The notes beneath the pieces were generated by a model. That model was given only the letters and a program-made list of their open reading frames with translations, was not told the origin of the DNA and did no database searches. From Planctomycetota bacterium (GTDB taxonomy: Bacteria > Planctomycetota > PLA2 > JAEUHO01): a stretch of DNA of 64,000 bases. Numbering within the stretch: the first letter of the stretch is position 1; each line of letters opens with the position of its first letter. Made by a program: the position numbers and the translations under genes. Below are positions 20,164 to 30,000 of this stretch, in pieces. The stretch lies in NCBI GenBank assembly GCA_965222115.1, contig CBDCTJ010000001.1, positions 352,001 to 416,000 on the forward strand, read 5' to 3'.

Positions 20164-20218
20164 GTGCCGGGAGCGAATGCGTAAGTTCACAATTCGTGCC
20201 GGGAGCGAATGCGCAAGT
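20164..20218. repeat. Direct repeat gtgccgggagcgaatgcg(t/c)aagt, 2 copies, period 32
   Basis: Copies start at 20164 and 20196. The 15-nt core recurs at 30518-30532. Confidence 0.7.
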
Positions 20219-20228
20219 AAGGCGATTT

Positions 20229-20459
20229 CTACCTACGCGCCCCACGTGGCATGAAGTCTTTGCTGCGGAGGCGTACGCTCTTGCTGGAACCGACGGGGGT
20301 GCCGAGGGGACGAGTCTTACCGTCCAGCGTCTCCTTGCGAGCAATGACGCGTGAGAGCTTCTTGTCCCAGACGGTTTGGACACACTCGGCCATGTACGGA
20401 CAGTCCCGCGTGCGACACACGTAGGTCTCCGATCCGAAACAGTCCTTCTTTTTGGCCAT
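20229..20459 (-). CDS. 76-aa basic protein with C-x7-C-x4-C-x5-C motif (hypothetical)
   Basis: MAKKKDCFGSETYVCRTRDCPYMAEC..., with a GAGGA RBS 4 nt before ATG 20459. Confidence 0.6.
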   Translation of the reverse strand: MAKKKDCFGSETYVCRTRDCPYMAECVQTVWDKKLSRVIARKETLDGKTRPLGTPVGSSKSVRLRSKDFMPRGARR

Positions 20460-20774
20460 ATTGTCCTCTGGGGGGCACCCATGGTATTGCGCCACGCCTC
20501 CTCGAACAAGGGGGTCAGCGCAATCAGCGGAACGTTTGAAACGCGCCCTCCGCGCGCTTCTTCTGACGTGCAATCGGCATGGTGGGAGATCGCTTGATAG
20601 TCGGAAAGCCCAACAGATCGCGCTTTTCTACATACCTTCGCAACCTGTCCGTGCGAAGGTCCGGCACGATGGGTTGTTGTCTCGGTTTCGTTCGTATGCG
20701 GCACAAGACACGACGCAACCCTTGGTACGCATGAAACATCACGGTGACCGTGACAACGAAGTACATTCGCCCGC

Positions 20775-21152
20775 ATGAATACGCGCATTGGTCACGACCT
20801 TGTAGACATCGATCGCTTTGAACGCATCGTGGCAAAGCATCCTGATCGCTGGCGCAAGCGTGTGTTCACGGACCACGAATGGGAACGCGCACAGGGGCGC
20901 CCCCATCCCTACGCCTCACTCGCCGTTCGCTTTGCTGCCAAGGAGGCGGTGATGAAAGCGCTACGAACAGGCTGGGGCAAGGGGGTTGGTTGGCGCGATA
21001 TCGAGGTGCGCGGCGGTGGGCGTGCCGCGCCTACGTTGGCGCTTCACGGACGCGCTAAGGAAGTGGCCGATCAAGCGCGCCTACGATTCGACGTGAGCCT
21101 CTCACACACCTCACAGCTCGCTTCCGCTTCCGTGCTGGCCTACCAACAGTAA
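20775..21152 (+). CDS. acpS: Holo-[acyl-carrier-protein] synthase
   Basis: 'IGHDLVDIDR', 'RFAAKEAVMKAL', 'WRDIEV', 'VSLSH'. Confidence 0.95.
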   Translation: MNTRIGHDLVDIDRFERIVAKHPDRWRKRVFTDHEWERAQGRPHPYASLAVRFAAKEAVMKALRTGWGKGVGWRDIEVRGGGRAAPTLALHGRAKEVADQARLRFDVSLSHTSQLASASVLAYQQ

Positions 21153-21215
21153 TCAAAAAACACACCGTCGTGTTGGTCTCATCCACGGGCGAGACCTGTG
21201 ACGGCCACGCGTCAC

Positions 21216-21251
21216 AAAAATGAAAGACGCCCGCTCGTGGCGGGCGCCTTT
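21216..21251 (-). terminator. Intrinsic terminator after the HEAT protein gene
   Basis: Minus strand AAAGGCGCCCGC-CACGA-GCGGGCGTCTTT followed by CATTTTT, about 30 nt after the stop. Confidence 0.65.
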
Positions 21252-21280
21252 GCGATTTGCTGAAGCGAATCGGAGTAGAA

Positions 21281-23488
21281 CTACTCGCCGCTGTCGCCCC
21301 CACCGCCACCGAGGGCGCTAGCCTTCGTGCGGAACTTGAGGAACACCTTGCGTCGCGTCAAGGGGTCCATGCCCTGAATGTTGCGACCAAGGGCTCCAAT
21401 GGCCGCTGTGCGCACGAGATCGCTATCACTATCCGTGGCGTTCATCAGCGCCGCGATATGACCCTGTGCTGCACCGCCAACCTTGGCGAGGACGCGACCC
21501 AAGGCTTCCGCCGCAGCGGCCTGAATCGCTTCACTACCCGAGCCAAGCGCTGTAACCAGCGCATCCGCACCGCCGCCGGCGATATTGCCAAGCGCCTTGA
21601 CCGCACCCAACTGAATCGACTCGTCTTGACCCTTTACAGCCGCTTCGGCAAGTGAGCCGACCGCCGTATTGAGATTGGGGAATGCTGACGAATAGGCATC
21701 GACGTTGGCAAGCGCGTTGGCCGCCGAAGCTGCAACGCGATTGGCTGCTTCGCGGTCGGCGTTTAGATCACCGGCCTCGGCGGCTTGGTTGACCTGATCC
21801 ACGAACGCGGACGCAGCAAAGTTCTCGGGCGAGATATAGCCCGCGACCTTGTCGCCATACTTGGTCTGGAACATTTCCTGAACCTTGTCGGCGTTGGGAC
21901 CATCGATCAACACAAGCACGCGAACTGCGCTTGTACGCGCGTCGGCTTTGATCTCGTCGATCGCCGACATCGCGGTATAGGCGCGCTGCGAGGGAACTGT
22001 TGCAGCCGTTTCGCCAACGTTGGCGCGAATCACTACAACGTCCATGCTGGCATTGCCCTTGGTGCGGTTTACGCCGCTGTGGGCATCGTTGTCCGAACCG
22101 GTAACAAAGCCCGCCTCATTGAGCGCGGCCACCATCATGCCCTGCGTGTCCACGTTGTCGTCCACGACGAGCACCTGGAAGACAGCGCTTCGGGCCGCTG
22201 CACGCGCCGCGATATCAGCAACCCGCTCGGCACCGGGAAATGACGAACGCGGATTCATGTTGAGTGCAGCAATCGCTGCTGCGTACCGCACGCGTTGGTC
22301 GGGCGCATTCAATGCGTCAACGATGGCTGTTTGAGCAACAGGCTCACCGCCGTAGTCGCGTGCCATAGCGTGGCAACATTCGACTGCAACTTCCCAATCC
22401 TTGTCGCCAATGGCGCTTCGCAGGGCGCCGGACTCAGCATCCAGACCTTGGCTCGAAACGAGTTGATCCATGCGCTTGAGGACGCCGGACTTGTCTTCGC
22501 CTCCCTTACCAGCGGCTGCAGCAAGTTCGACTTTTTGGGCGAGCAATGCACGCACAAGCAATGCGCTGGCCGCGCGATTGCCGTTGCCGGCCAACAGCCC
22601 ATCCGCCGCGTATTCTTCGGCTACGTGATAGCCGTAGAGATAGGCGGGAATCTCGTAGCGCTGAAGCGCCCCGTCTTCCCAACGCCACACATCCTTCATG
22701 TCAGTGAAGGCAAGCAAGACTTCCGGATCCTTGTTCAAGAATCGCGTGCCCATCGTGACGAAGGCATCGGCCGCACTACCACCGCCGCCAAGTTGCGACG
22801 CCGCATTGCGCGCCTTCTCTTGGACGGAAGCGTCGCTATCACTCTCTGCTGCGTAGAGCAATGCAGGCAGTGCGCGCTCGTCCTTAAGATCGCCTAGCAC
22901 AACCGCCGCGTGACCACGCACGCGCGCGTTGTCCGACGACATGACCTCAATCAAGGGCATGACCGCATGGTCACCCAAGCGACGCAAGGCGAGGATGGCA
23001 TTCACCACGTACTCGGCGTTGGCGTCGCCCAGATAGGGATAGAGGTATTGCACGGCGTGTTCGCCGGAGGCCTGCAAGGTGGCTGCGGCCGCGCGGCGCT
23101 TATCCCACGCAGAATCTTCCACCGCAATCTTGACCTGCTCTTGGATGTCTTCAGCGTCGCGCAGGCGTTCCCGCTCAGCCGGCGCTGACTTGTGGAGCAA
23201 GTACTTAAAGAGGCGCTCATGTTCGCCACCACGAGCCAACCCGCGGAGCAATACGCGTTGCTCAACATCACGAAGCACGTCGTACACTTCGCTGTCTTCG
23301 GGGTTGGAAGCAACGTAGTCGCGAAGCTTCTGCAACGCTTCGTCGTACTTACCGGCTGCATAATCGGAAAGTGCTGATCGCAAGTCCTCGGGGCCCGCAG
23401 TAGCGGGTGCCGGGAACATCAGTAGCGCAACGATGCCAAGCACCAGCGCAAATCCAAGCGTGTCAGCACGAAGGCTCGTTGCCTTCAT
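21281..23488 (-). CDS. Exported HEAT-repeat protein with receiver-like domain
   Basis: Signal peptide ('LMFPAPATA'), HEAT repeats ('VRGHAAVVLG', 'VRYAAAIAA', 'VRTAAIGALG') and REC-like 'VLVVDDN...AALNEAGF...MDVVVIR'. Confidence 0.8.
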   Translation of the reverse strand: MKATSLRADTLGFALVLGIVALLMFPAPATAGPEDLRSALSDYAAGKYDEALQKLRDYVASNPEDSEVYDVLRDVEQRVLLRGLARGGEHERLFKYLLHKSAPAERERLRDAEDIQEQVKIAVEDSAWDKRRAAAATLQASGEHAVQYLYPYLGDANAEYVVNAILALRRLGDHAVMPLIEVMSSDNARVRGHAAVVLGDLKDERALPALLYAAESDSDASVQEKARNAASQLGGGGSAADAFVTMGTRFLNKDPEVLLAFTDMKDVWRWEDGALQRYEIPAYLYGYHVAEEYAADGLLAGNGNRAASALLVRALLAQKVELAAAAGKGGEDKSGVLKRMDQLVSSQGLDAESGALRSAIGDKDWEVAVECCHAMARDYGGEPVAQTAIVDALNAPDQRVRYAAAIAALNMNPRSSFPGAERVADIAARAAARSAVFQVLVVDDNVDTQGMMVAALNEAGFVTGSDNDAHSGVNRTKGNASMDVVVIRANVGETAATVPSQRAYTAMSAIDEIKADARTSAVRVLVLIDGPNADKVQEMFQTKYGDKVAGYISPENFAASAFVDQVNQAAEAGDLNADREAANRVAASAANALANVDAYSSAFPNLNTAVGSLAEAAVKGQDESIQLGAVKALGNIAGGGADALVTALGSGSEAIQAAAAEALGRVLAKVGGAAQGHIAALMNATDSDSDLVRTAAIGALGRNIQGMDPLTRRKVFLKFRTKASALGGGGGDSGE

Positions 23489-23933
23489 GAATGGCCTCCC
23501 TTCGACAGGGACTGAGAACGTCACGAATGTGTCTCATCGTACGCAGAGCCGCCCCAAACGGCGCGCCTCTGCACGCACCCAATCGGTTTCGCGAACGCGT
23601 ACATTGTTATCAACGTAAAAGCGCCGCAACACGCAACGGGTGTTCGGATCACCGCCTATCGCTCGTGATGGCAAAATCACAGGCGGCGGCAACCCTCGTT
23701 TCGATGGTCGACAAAACGACCTCTCTGCCCTCCCTGGCTCCCTGTACGCGTAGGCGCATGGAGTCCAAACCCCAAAAAATCGGGGCTCACGATCCTGCTG
23801 CCTTGCGGCGGAAGTGTACGTTCCCGCCGCTCGAACTGTCAAGAACGACCACCCCCTACACACGACAGAAGCGAAACGTTGCGCACCAACCGTTCGCCAT
23901 GGTTTGCCAACCACGCCTGAAAATTACAAAACA

Positions 23934-25463
23934 CTAACGGCCCTCGCGTGGATGGGGACGCTGGAAAATCCCAAGAATGAGGGCCGCGACGCAGGTCACC
24001 AGGCAGCCGACGGCTGCCGTAAAGATCGACGACATCCCCCAGTTCGAAGCGAGTCCAACGTCCGAGCGCCCCAAAATCCGAGCACTGAGTGGGTGGTACA
24101 GAAACGCGGCAACGTAACCCGCCACCATGCCCCCTAGCGCAGCTCGCTGTGTCACGTGACGCGTGAGCATGCCGAGCAAGAACAGACCCAACAGCGGGCC
24201 CGCGAGGAGCCCCAGCCAGTCCCAAAGACGTTTCAAGATGTGATGATCCCCGTGCTGAACCATGAACGCGGCACCGACAACGACGAATCCATACGCCAAC
24301 GTGAGCCCCCGCGCCAAGCGCAAACGAAAGGAAGGGTCTAGCGGTTTGGTACGCCCACGATCGAGAAAGTCAACCAACGTTGCCGTGCCAAGCGAGTGAA
24401 CCGCCGAATCAACACTCGACATCGTGGCCGCGAAGAGCACAGCCACCATGAGGCCGGCCATACCGGGCGGCAGCCGATCCGCGATAAAGAAACTAAATAT
24501 CTCGTCTTGGTTAACGGATTCGCCAAGATGCACCGGGTCGGCGCCATAGAGCGCGAACAACGCTACACCCAAACCAACCGTGAGCATACCCACCACGAGT
24601 CCCGCAATCCAGCCGGCAACGGCGGCACGACGACTTGCAGCGAGATCCTTGCAACTAACGTAGCGTTGAACCAGTTGCTGATTCGTCCCAAACAACGATA
24701 GGGCAAACACGCTATAGCCCAGCATGGTCGTGAGCATCGTGGGCCACGTACCGAAATCGGCGGACGTATTAATCACGGGCTTCTCTTCAGCCAGCACGCG
24801 CGCGGCCCGCGCGATGTCACCAAAGCCACCGGGCAAATCAAGGGTGACGACAATGAACGAGCCAATCAGGCCGATGGCAATGCACACGAATTGCACCACA
24901 TCGGTCCACACGACAGCCTTTAGGCCCCCGAACGCGGAGTACATCACCGCAAGCAAGCCGACGGCAAGGATGCAGTGATCTACCGACCAGCCGGTGAACA
25001 CCGCAAGGGCGGTTGAAGTAGCGACCAACATGAGGCCCGCGCGCACCAACGCCATGAAGTGAAAAATTACGCTGCCCGTGGTCCACGCGGGGTCGCCAAA
25101 CCGTTGTCCCAAGTACTCGTAGGCGGTCGTGATCTTCAGGCGTTGAAAGAACGGCAGGAATACCAACAAGAGCACGGCCAACGCGGGCAACTCGCCGAGC
25201 CACATTTGAATCCACGTGAATCCTTGGGCATGACCCAATCCCGTAAACTGCAACAAAGCGAGCGCACTAAATGACGTAGCGACCCACGACATGGCAACCG
25301 CAAACCAAGGCACCGTGCGACCGCCCACGAGATAGTCTTCGGTGTTCTCCGTTTTGGTGCGCGCGCGCAGAGCAATCCAAATGACGAGTACCGCATACGC
25401 CAATACGACCACTATGTCGATAGCCGTGAGTGCGGCCATAGGTTGCAGCGGGTCAAGGATCAT
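23934..25463 (-). CDS. Sodium:solute symporter (SSS family)
   Basis: 'EDYLVGGRTVPW', 'GGLKAVVWTD', 'QQLVQRY', 'FAATMSS' and many TM helices. Confidence 0.92.
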   Translation of the reverse strand: MILDPLQPMAALTAIDIVVVLAYAVLVIWIALRARTKTENTEDYLVGGRTVPWFAVAMSWVATSFSALALLQFTGLGHAQGFTWIQMWLGELPALAVLLLVFLPFFQRLKITTAYEYLGQRFGDPAWTTGSVIFHFMALVRAGLMLVATSTALAVFTGWSVDHCILAVGLLAVMYSAFGGLKAVVWTDVVQFVCIAIGLIGSFIVVTLDLPGGFGDIARAARVLAEEKPVINTSADFGTWPTMLTTMLGYSVFALSLFGTNQQLVQRYVSCKDLAASRRAAVAGWIAGLVVGMLTVGLGVALFALYGADPVHLGESVNQDEIFSFFIADRLPPGMAGLMVAVLFAATMSSVDSAVHSLGTATLVDFLDRGRTKPLDPSFRLRLARGLTLAYGFVVVGAAFMVQHGDHHILKRLWDWLGLLAGPLLGLFLLGMLTRHVTQRAALGGMVAGYVAAFLYHPLSARILGRSDVGLASNWGMSSIFTAAVGCLVTCVAALILGIFQRPHPREGR

Positions 25464-25513
25464 TCATGGACTCTACGGGGAGCCCGCGACCGTCATCGCC
25501 AACTGCGTTCGAA

Positions 25514-26968
25514 CTAGGGGAATAGCCGGGCCGCAATGGCTCGCTCGATGGCGGGACCCATGCCGGGTATGTGAAATCCGGATCCGTGCGAACGCGGCGC
25601 ACACCAAATCACCTGATCTTCCCATCCTGCGGCAAGACAGTGAAGTCGAATGGCGCGCACAAGGTCTTGACCCGCCTTGCTGGTACCCGCAACACCTTTC
25701 CAAGCTCGTGCGCGAGAGAACACAACTATCGTCGTTTCACTCAGCGAATGAAAGCGATCGGGCACCCCGGCGTCTTTGGTGCTGACAAAGCGATGCACGC
25801 TACTTCCGTTTTGCTTCGCTACCGCAGTCAAGTCCTTGCCGCGCGAGGCGTCATCATCGTCATCCACAATCATGATGCGTTTGGGTCGAATGTGGAGCCC
25901 ACGACCGCAGAGCAATTGCACGGTGCGGCGGGCAATGGAACCGTCCGGACGTTCACCGCGTCCCGCGTCGGCCAAGGTTGATGCGTGAATCGCTGGGATT
26001 CGGCGCACAAACTCGGTGACGCGCTCCGCACTCTTCCAGATGCACTGTTCCAACACATCGCGTCGCGCGGCATCGCAATCGAAGAGCGTCTCGGCAATCT
26101 GTTCGGGATCGTCGGGATAGAGCAGAATGTCGCATCCGGCTTCGAGCGACGTTCGCGCCGCCTCGACTTCGCCGCCTTCGATCATGGCGCCGGCCATCAT
26201 GAGCGCGTCGGTGATAATCACGGTCGACTCGCCGTGCCGCCCCCAGCCGCGCAGCGTATCGATGATGGGTTTGGAAAACGTGGCAATCGTGCCGGTCGCG
26301 TCGAGCGCAGGATAGGCCACATGCGCCGTCATCACGGCGGGACACAGACCGGCTTCAATCACCTGGCGAAACGGATGGAGATCGCGTGATCGAATCAACC
26401 GGGCGTCACCCTGCACCGAGGGAATCGCGTCGTGGCTGTCTTCGCGCGTGGCGCCATGGCCGGGAAAGTGCTTCGCGACCGGTAACGCACCACCCTGCGG
26501 TGCACCGCGCAAGTAGGCCATGCCATGCGACGCCACGCGATGGGGATCCCATGAAAACGCGCGGGTCCCAATAATGGGATTGTGCGGATCACTGCGCACA
26601 TCGAGCACCGGAGAAAACAACACGTCCACACCTACGCTGCGTGCATCCCGCGCCGCCGCGCGAGCAACGTCGTAGACCTCGTCGGGAGACGCCCCCACGC
26701 CAAGCACGCCGAAGTCAACATCTACGGGCAACCCGCTCACTTGTTGTCCGGCGCCGCGTTCCATGTCGCTCGCGATAAAGATCGGACGCCCCGCGGCTTC
26801 TCGTATGCCGCGCACAAGATCCGCTACGGCTTCACGCTCACCGCCGAACAGACAGAATCCCGCGACCCAAGGCCTTGCGGCGCGTCGCAAGGCGAGCTTG
26901 GCTTCGCCCTCGGCATCGCGATCGAGACGTATGGCGGGCACAACCAGCGGTGTGTCGAGCAGCGGCAT
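25514..26968 (-). CDS. nagZ: GH3 beta-N-acetylglucosaminidase (NagZ-like)
   Basis: NagZ signature 'KHFPGHGATREDSH', 'SDMERG', 'MTAHV' and nucleophile 'ITDALMM'. No signal peptide. Confidence 0.85.
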   Translation of the reverse strand: MPLLDTPLVVPAIRLDRDAEGEAKLALRRAARPWVAGFCLFGGEREAVADLVRGIREAAGRPIFIASDMERGAGQQVSGLPVDVDFGVLGVGASPDEVYDVARAAARDARSVGVDVLFSPVLDVRSDPHNPIIGTRAFSWDPHRVASHGMAYLRGAPQGGALPVAKHFPGHGATREDSHDAIPSVQGDARLIRSRDLHPFRQVIEAGLCPAVMTAHVAYPALDATGTIATFSKPIIDTLRGWGRHGESTVIITDALMMAGAMIEGGEVEAARTSLEAGCDILLYPDDPEQIAETLFDCDAARRDVLEQCIWKSAERVTEFVRRIPAIHASTLADAGRGERPDGSIARRTVQLLCGRGLHIRPKRIMIVDDDDDASRGKDLTAVAKQNGSSVHRFVSTKDAGVPDRFHSLSETTIVVFSRARAWKGVAGTSKAGQDLVRAIRLHCLAAGWEDQVIWCAPRSHGSGFHIPGMGPAIERAIAARLFP

Positions 26969-27074
26969 GGCGTCACGCTACCGGGCCACACGCTACGTCA
27001 ATGGACTTTTGTTTTAGCGCGTCTCATACAAAGACGATTGCGCGACGCCAAACTCAGCAAAACACCGGCAGATG

Positions 27075-30000
27075 TTACTCGTCGCTCGCCTCGCCATCTT
27101 CAGCATCTTCGTCCTCACCACCGTCCCATTCTCCGTCTTGTGGCGGCGCCTCATCGGGGAGTCGCGCCGACCCCGGACGTCTGGGCGTTCCATCGTGGTG
27201 CTCGGGTTCGGGTGCGAAGGCTTCGGGCGGATCAGGGAGCTTGGCCAGTTGCTTGAGGCGGAAGCCCGTGGCGGCGCCAAACAACTGCGTCCAATACACG
27301 CCACCGCTTCGACCGGCGCCCATTTCCGTCCACCGCGACAACATGTTGCGATGGTGCCCACTGGAGCCGAACCACGCCCAAAATGCATCCCGGCCTGTTG
27401 GCGTGCCCATGGCGATATTCTCGCCCACACCGCCGCCGTAGCCTTGCTTCTTGGCGCGCGCCCCAGGCGTTACATTCGATTTGGTTTGGTTCTTGCCGGG
27501 CGGCACGTTGTGAGCGAAGTAGCCGTTCACGCGCATGTGGCGACTATGACCACGAGCTGCGCGCACCAACCGCTCGTGAATCTTCACGGCGCGAAGCCCC
27601 ATCATCATGCGGTACTCATTGACGGCGCGGACATTGTCCTTCTCTTCGCCGGTGGCCGTCGTTTCAATCTGTTCATTGAAGCTCAGAACCTTGAGTGAGT
27701 ATGCGCGCGCTTTGGCCGATTTGCTCGTTGGCGTGTGCGATGGCATATCCACTTTGTCATTGATCACTTTGGTCAGTGCCTGAGCGCCTGCCTTGGCGTC
27801 GCCGCCGGCTCGCTCCAATACCTCGCTAACTTCGCTAATGAGCGAGAGGCGTTCACCCATTCGCTTATCCCACTCGGCAATCAGTTCAAGAGGACGTTCC
27901 CAGATCTGACGAACCTTGTCCACGCGGGCTTCGACTTCTGCCTGGTTCTTTTTTTGCGGATTGGGGTAGGGATACTCGGCACGGTTCAATATGAGCGACA
28001 GCGCGTGTACACGGCGCTCCTCGAGCAACTTCCATAGACGCTTGCGATACTTGCCGTAGGAAATCCCCCGGGCGTCGCGAAGTTCTTCGAGCAACGTCGC
28101 ACGCCGTGACGTGAGCGCGCGCAGGAAGCGATCGGCCACGGCATCGCCGAGGGCCAGCAAGTGCTCGTAGGCTTTCTTGCGCGTAGCCGCGTCCTTGTGA
28201 TTGATGGCAGACAACGATGCCGTGATGGCCGCTTCTTGCAGGAGCCGCTCGCGTACCTCGGGCGAAACAAAGCGTCCTTCGTAGTCTACGTAGCCACCCG
28301 CGGGAACGTCTTCGTCACGCCAAAAGGCAACCCGCGTAAACACCGCGTCCTTGTTGGCGCCCGTCTTGACCGCGTGAACCAACAGTGCGTTGGCGCGTTC
28401 GTCGAGTTCCCTGGCATGCGCAAGCGCGGCAAACTTGGAGGCAAGTTCTCCGTCGGGTTTGCGGCGATCGATCAGCGTGCCAAACATCGTTGGCTGCATT
28501 TTGGCCCACGCGATGCGGGTACTACCCGCCTTCAGAATCAGTTGAATGCCTTTGTCGTCGGCCGATTCGATAAATCCGCGCAGCGACTTGGAAGGTCCAA
28601 TGCCGCGATACGAGGTGCCATTGGTGTTGATATGAGCCGAAAGATCAACGGCCGCGTCCTGGCAGTCGCGCATGTCACGAAGCAGTGCAGTGAGCGCCTT
28701 GCGACCCTTTTCGGTACGCATCGTTGCTTTGGCCGCCTCGGCTTGCTTCTGCCCGGCACGAAAGTCGAAGGATGCGACGAACTTGGTCCATTCCGCACGC
28801 ACCTTCGAAAGGGTGTCTTGGTCGGCGATTTCCGCCAAGCGGCGTTGTTCTGCGGAAGTAGGTTCTTTGGGTTGATCGGTCGTTCCGGGTGTGCGCGTGC
28901 GTCCCGGTCGAGGTCCCGAAGCCGCGAGCGCTGCGGTTACGCGCGCGTCGATTTTCTTTGCTTCTTCCAACAGCGTGGAAAGCGTCTTGTGTTCTTCGAA
29001 TCCTTCAAATCGAGACAGTACGCGTTCGATGAGTGCCACGGCTGTGTCGGGGCGCTCGCCACCCATGCTTGTCTCGGCGCGCGAACGAATGGTTGTGGCG
29101 GCTTCCCGTACGCGAATCTCGATGGCTCGCGTTCGCTCGTTAACGACGTCGGAAACGTCGATGCCCGAAGGCGCCGCACGTTTGAGTTTCGCCCACACGT
29201 CTCGCGCGGCGGCATACTTGTGTGCCTTCCACGCCTGCGCTTCACTCGATTCAAGTCGGGCGACTTGATCCGACAGCCATGACGTCTTCGCCTTGCGAAT
29301 TGCGGCGAACTTTTCTTCGAGGCGCGGGAGGAATGACTCGCCAAACTCACGTACATAGTCTTGACGACGAAGCTGGAGGGCGGTGTCGTCGAGGTACAGG
29401 CGTTCTTTCCATACCGCCTCAAGCGCTCGATTGGCGCGGCCCTCTAACATGCCAAACTTGCGCAAATAGGCCGACGCGTCAACGCCAGCCGCACGTGCAC
29501 GCGGATCGTTCTTGACAGCCGTCCATATCGCGCGCGCCTTGTCGTAGCGCTTGGCCTCGAAGTGTGTGAGCCCTTGGGAGAGTTTCATTTCCAGCGACTC
29601 GCGCGCCGTGCTCTTACCTGCACCGGAGCCCGCAAGGAATGCGTAGCCCAAAATGCCCAGGCACAGCGCGCCACCGATCCAAAGAATCGGACTGCCCTTC
29701 GAACGTGCCCTTGAAGACGATCGTCCTTCGGACTTCTTAGTCGCCGTAGTGGCCGCCGAGGGCGTGGCATCGTCGGTTGCACGTGCCGTAGTCACCGCGG
29801 TCGGAGCCACTGACGGCGTTGCCGACTCGGCGTCAACACCCGACGTGCGAGCCGCCGGCTCGCGCGCTTGACCGTTGGCGGCCGAGGCACTCGACGTGCC
29901 GTTTCGTGATGCGCGCTTCGTGCCACCACGATCGTCGCGTGAACGTAGGGCACGCGCTTCGTCGGATTCGTCATCCAACAAACGAAGCACGGCACCACCC

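Noticed and set aside
20164-20218. Possible mini-CRISPR array
   Set aside because: Only two repeats with a 9-nt spacer, and no cas genes in the window.
19904-20788. 294-aa minus-strand ORF spanning the repeats
   Set aside because: It overlaps better-supported genes at both ends and has low-information R/S/A-rich composition. The 76-aa ORF in another frame has the RBS and Cys motif.
23870-23912. Minus-strand GGCAAACCA...TGGTGCGCAA resembling a c-di-GMP-I riboswitch
   Set aside because: The P2 stem and GNRA loop do not form properly, no tetraloop receptor or P3 is visible, and it is about 400 nt from the next start.
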